From contig OY970292.1 of the NCBI GenBank assembly GCA_963716145.1, positions 469,171 to 533,170 of the forward strand: a stretch of DNA of 64,000 nucleotides, read 5' to 3'. Positions 62,407 to 64,000 of the stretch are shown one piece after another. Made by a program: the position numbers and the translations under genes. The stretch is from Candidatus Levyibacteriota bacterium (GTDB taxonomy: Bacteria > Patescibacteriota > Microgenomatia > Levybacterales > UBA12049). Each line of letters opens with the position of its first letter. Position 1 is the first letter of the stretch. The notes under the pieces were generated by a model that was not told where the DNA came from, searched no databases, and saw only the letters and a program-made list of their open reading frames with translations.

Positions 62407-62931
62407 TTATAGTCGAGGCATACTATTTCTGGGTTTATTTTTTTGCCTATCTGGCTGTATCTGCTTTGGGCGGACATTCAATTCCATAGCAGCAATCACT
62501 TCTTCTCCACTCGATTTTTTTCCAAACTTTGGTTTCTCCCCCAATTTATAACTCTCCTTAATTACTTCGAGCCTGCAAGGGTGTTTTGGTCCACTATGCG
62601 AGGCTGTCAAAAATCCATCCACGCCCCAGTCCATCAGAGTCATGAGGACCCGCGATCTGGCCCTGACCATCTCAAGCGATAGATGCTCCCTTGATCTATC
62701 TGTAGATTCTGGATCAAAACCACTTCTTGAATTTGCAGTTGTTGTATCAATTGCCTTAAGCATAACCTGCATTGCTTCCCAGTCTTTCCGAGCTACAATT
62801 TTTTTCATAACTATTCCAGCCCGCCTTTCTTTTCTACTGATCTTTTCAGCAGAACTTGTACCTGCATACGGCCTTATCAGAGAATCATCTACTCTCGTTT
62901 TAAGTCCTTGCATAATCCCTCTTTCTATCAT
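62407..62931 (-). CDS. Hypothetical protein
   Basis: TATAAT 7 nt upstream of ATG 62931. Confidence 0.55.
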   Translation of the reverse strand: MIERGIMQGLKTRVDDSLIRPYAGTSSAEKISRKERRAGIVMKKIVARKDWEAMQVMLKAIDTTTANSRSGFDPESTDRSREHLSLEMVRARSRVLMTLMDWGVDGFLTASHSGPKHPCRLEVIKESYKLGEKPKFGKKSSGEEVIAAMELNVRPKQIQPDRQKNKPRNSMPRL

Positions 62932-62962
62932 GAGGAGCATTATACCACCATATTGATGAAAA

Positions 62963-63196
62963 TTAAATAGTAATTGAGGCTGTTTGAGGTATATTTGTTT
63001 CTTCTTTTTTAACTGTTGGTTTCTTAGAAGTCCTAAGACACTTTGTGCACAGCTTCATTTTCACACTCATTCCATTTACTCCCACTCTTGTAGCGTGGAG
63101 ATTTGGTTTGAATTTCCTGGCTGTTCGCCTTTTGGAGTGAGACACATTGTGCCCGTACATTATTCCTTTTTTACAACTGGTGCATTTCATTGCCAT
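62963..63196 (-). CDS. rpmB: 50S ribosomal protein L28 (zinc-binding form)
   Basis: CTSC, GHNVSHS.RRT.R.FKPNL and CTKCLR motifs. Confidence 0.93.
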   Translation of the reverse strand: MAMKCTSCKKGIMYGHNVSHSKRRTARKFKPNLHATRVGVNGMSVKMKLCTKCLRTSKKPTVKKEETNIPQTASITI

Positions 63197-63335
63197 AGGA
63201 AAATATGATAACATATTAGAAGAAAATTTTCAATTCGATCCGCCAGTTGGCGAATTCAATCATGTTTCAATTTTTAAACATTTTGTCATTGAAAATTCAA
63301 TAAAAATTGAAAACTGAAAATTAAAAATTATTACT

Positions 63336-63981
63336 ATGGATCTTTTAGGCGCTATCATAAGTTTATTCATTCTCGTTTACTCTTCAATCCTTCATGAAAT
63401 AGCCCATGGATATGTGGCGTACCGGCTGGGTGACCCTACAGCGAAATTGACAGGCAGACTCACTCTCAATCCGCGACCACACATTGACCCATTCATGACC
63501 ATAATTCTTCCTTTGCTAACCTATTTTGGCGGAGTGATCATTGGAGGAGCAAGCCCGTGCCTGTTGACACTTTTAATCTCCGTGACGGTATAAAAGACCT
63601 GGCGCTTGTATCGATTGCAGGGCCATTTTACCAACATCTTGCTTGCTGTCGTAGGGAGCATTCTTATTCATCTTGTTTTCCCGGGCAGCGGATTTTATGA
63701 AGTATTAAATAGTGGGTTTTTTGGCTTCATACTGGCAACAATAGTCAGAATCAACCTTATACTCGCCATTTTCAATCTGGTCCCCATTCCTCCGCTTGAC
63801 GGGTCCAAGATTTTTGCCCTCATTCTTCCCAGAAAAGAAGCTGCGGCATTTCTCGCGATTGGCCAGCGCTTCGGAATGTTTCTCTTGATTTTTCTTTTGT
63901 ACTTTCCTATCGGTGGATTTTCACTGATTGGCTTTGTCGGAGACCCTCATCACCTACTCCCTAAGGCTTTTGGGATTCTAA
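63336..63981 (+). CDS. Site-2 protease (M50) family protein with 2-3 apparent frameshifts
   Basis: HEIAHG...LGDPT, then AKPVPV, AGP and NLVPIPPLDG recovered across frames. Confidence 0.82.
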
Positions 63982-64000
63982 TTTATATTGACAAATATTA

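Overview
This window looks like core chromosome from a Patescibacteria/CPR bacterium of the Microgenomates lineage. That call is an inference from 16S signatures such as GTGCCAGAAGTCTCGG, a short EF-Ts, an unlinked 16S gene, a type IV pilin and cohesin/dockerin proteins. It carries zwf-pgl-gnd with gdhA, rpsB-tsf-frr-rseP, a dTMP cluster (glyA, folA, thyA, dUTPase-like, tmk, dcd), an ABC-2 exporter, a pilin, and a run of cohesin+dockerin surface proteins. It also has tRNA-Ile, tRNA-Cys, a solitary 16S rRNA, topA, a subtilase, dprA, mreBCD-mrdA, an O-antigen-ligase/TPR gene, def-fmt and rpmB. The most striking unexplained signal is a pervasive repeat system with four parts. First, many period-7 arrays occur, often as inverted pairs, both between genes and in-frame inside housekeeping genes. 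Second, a ~90-105 bp palindromic element occurs once between genes and twice in-frame in topA. Third, short REP-like palindromes are scattered through the window. Fourth, a four-helix-bundle (Avd/IVP-like) gene sits among such arrays. Seven genes carry single-base frameshifts that are probably consensus errors. Coordinates were read by eye and may be off by a few bases.
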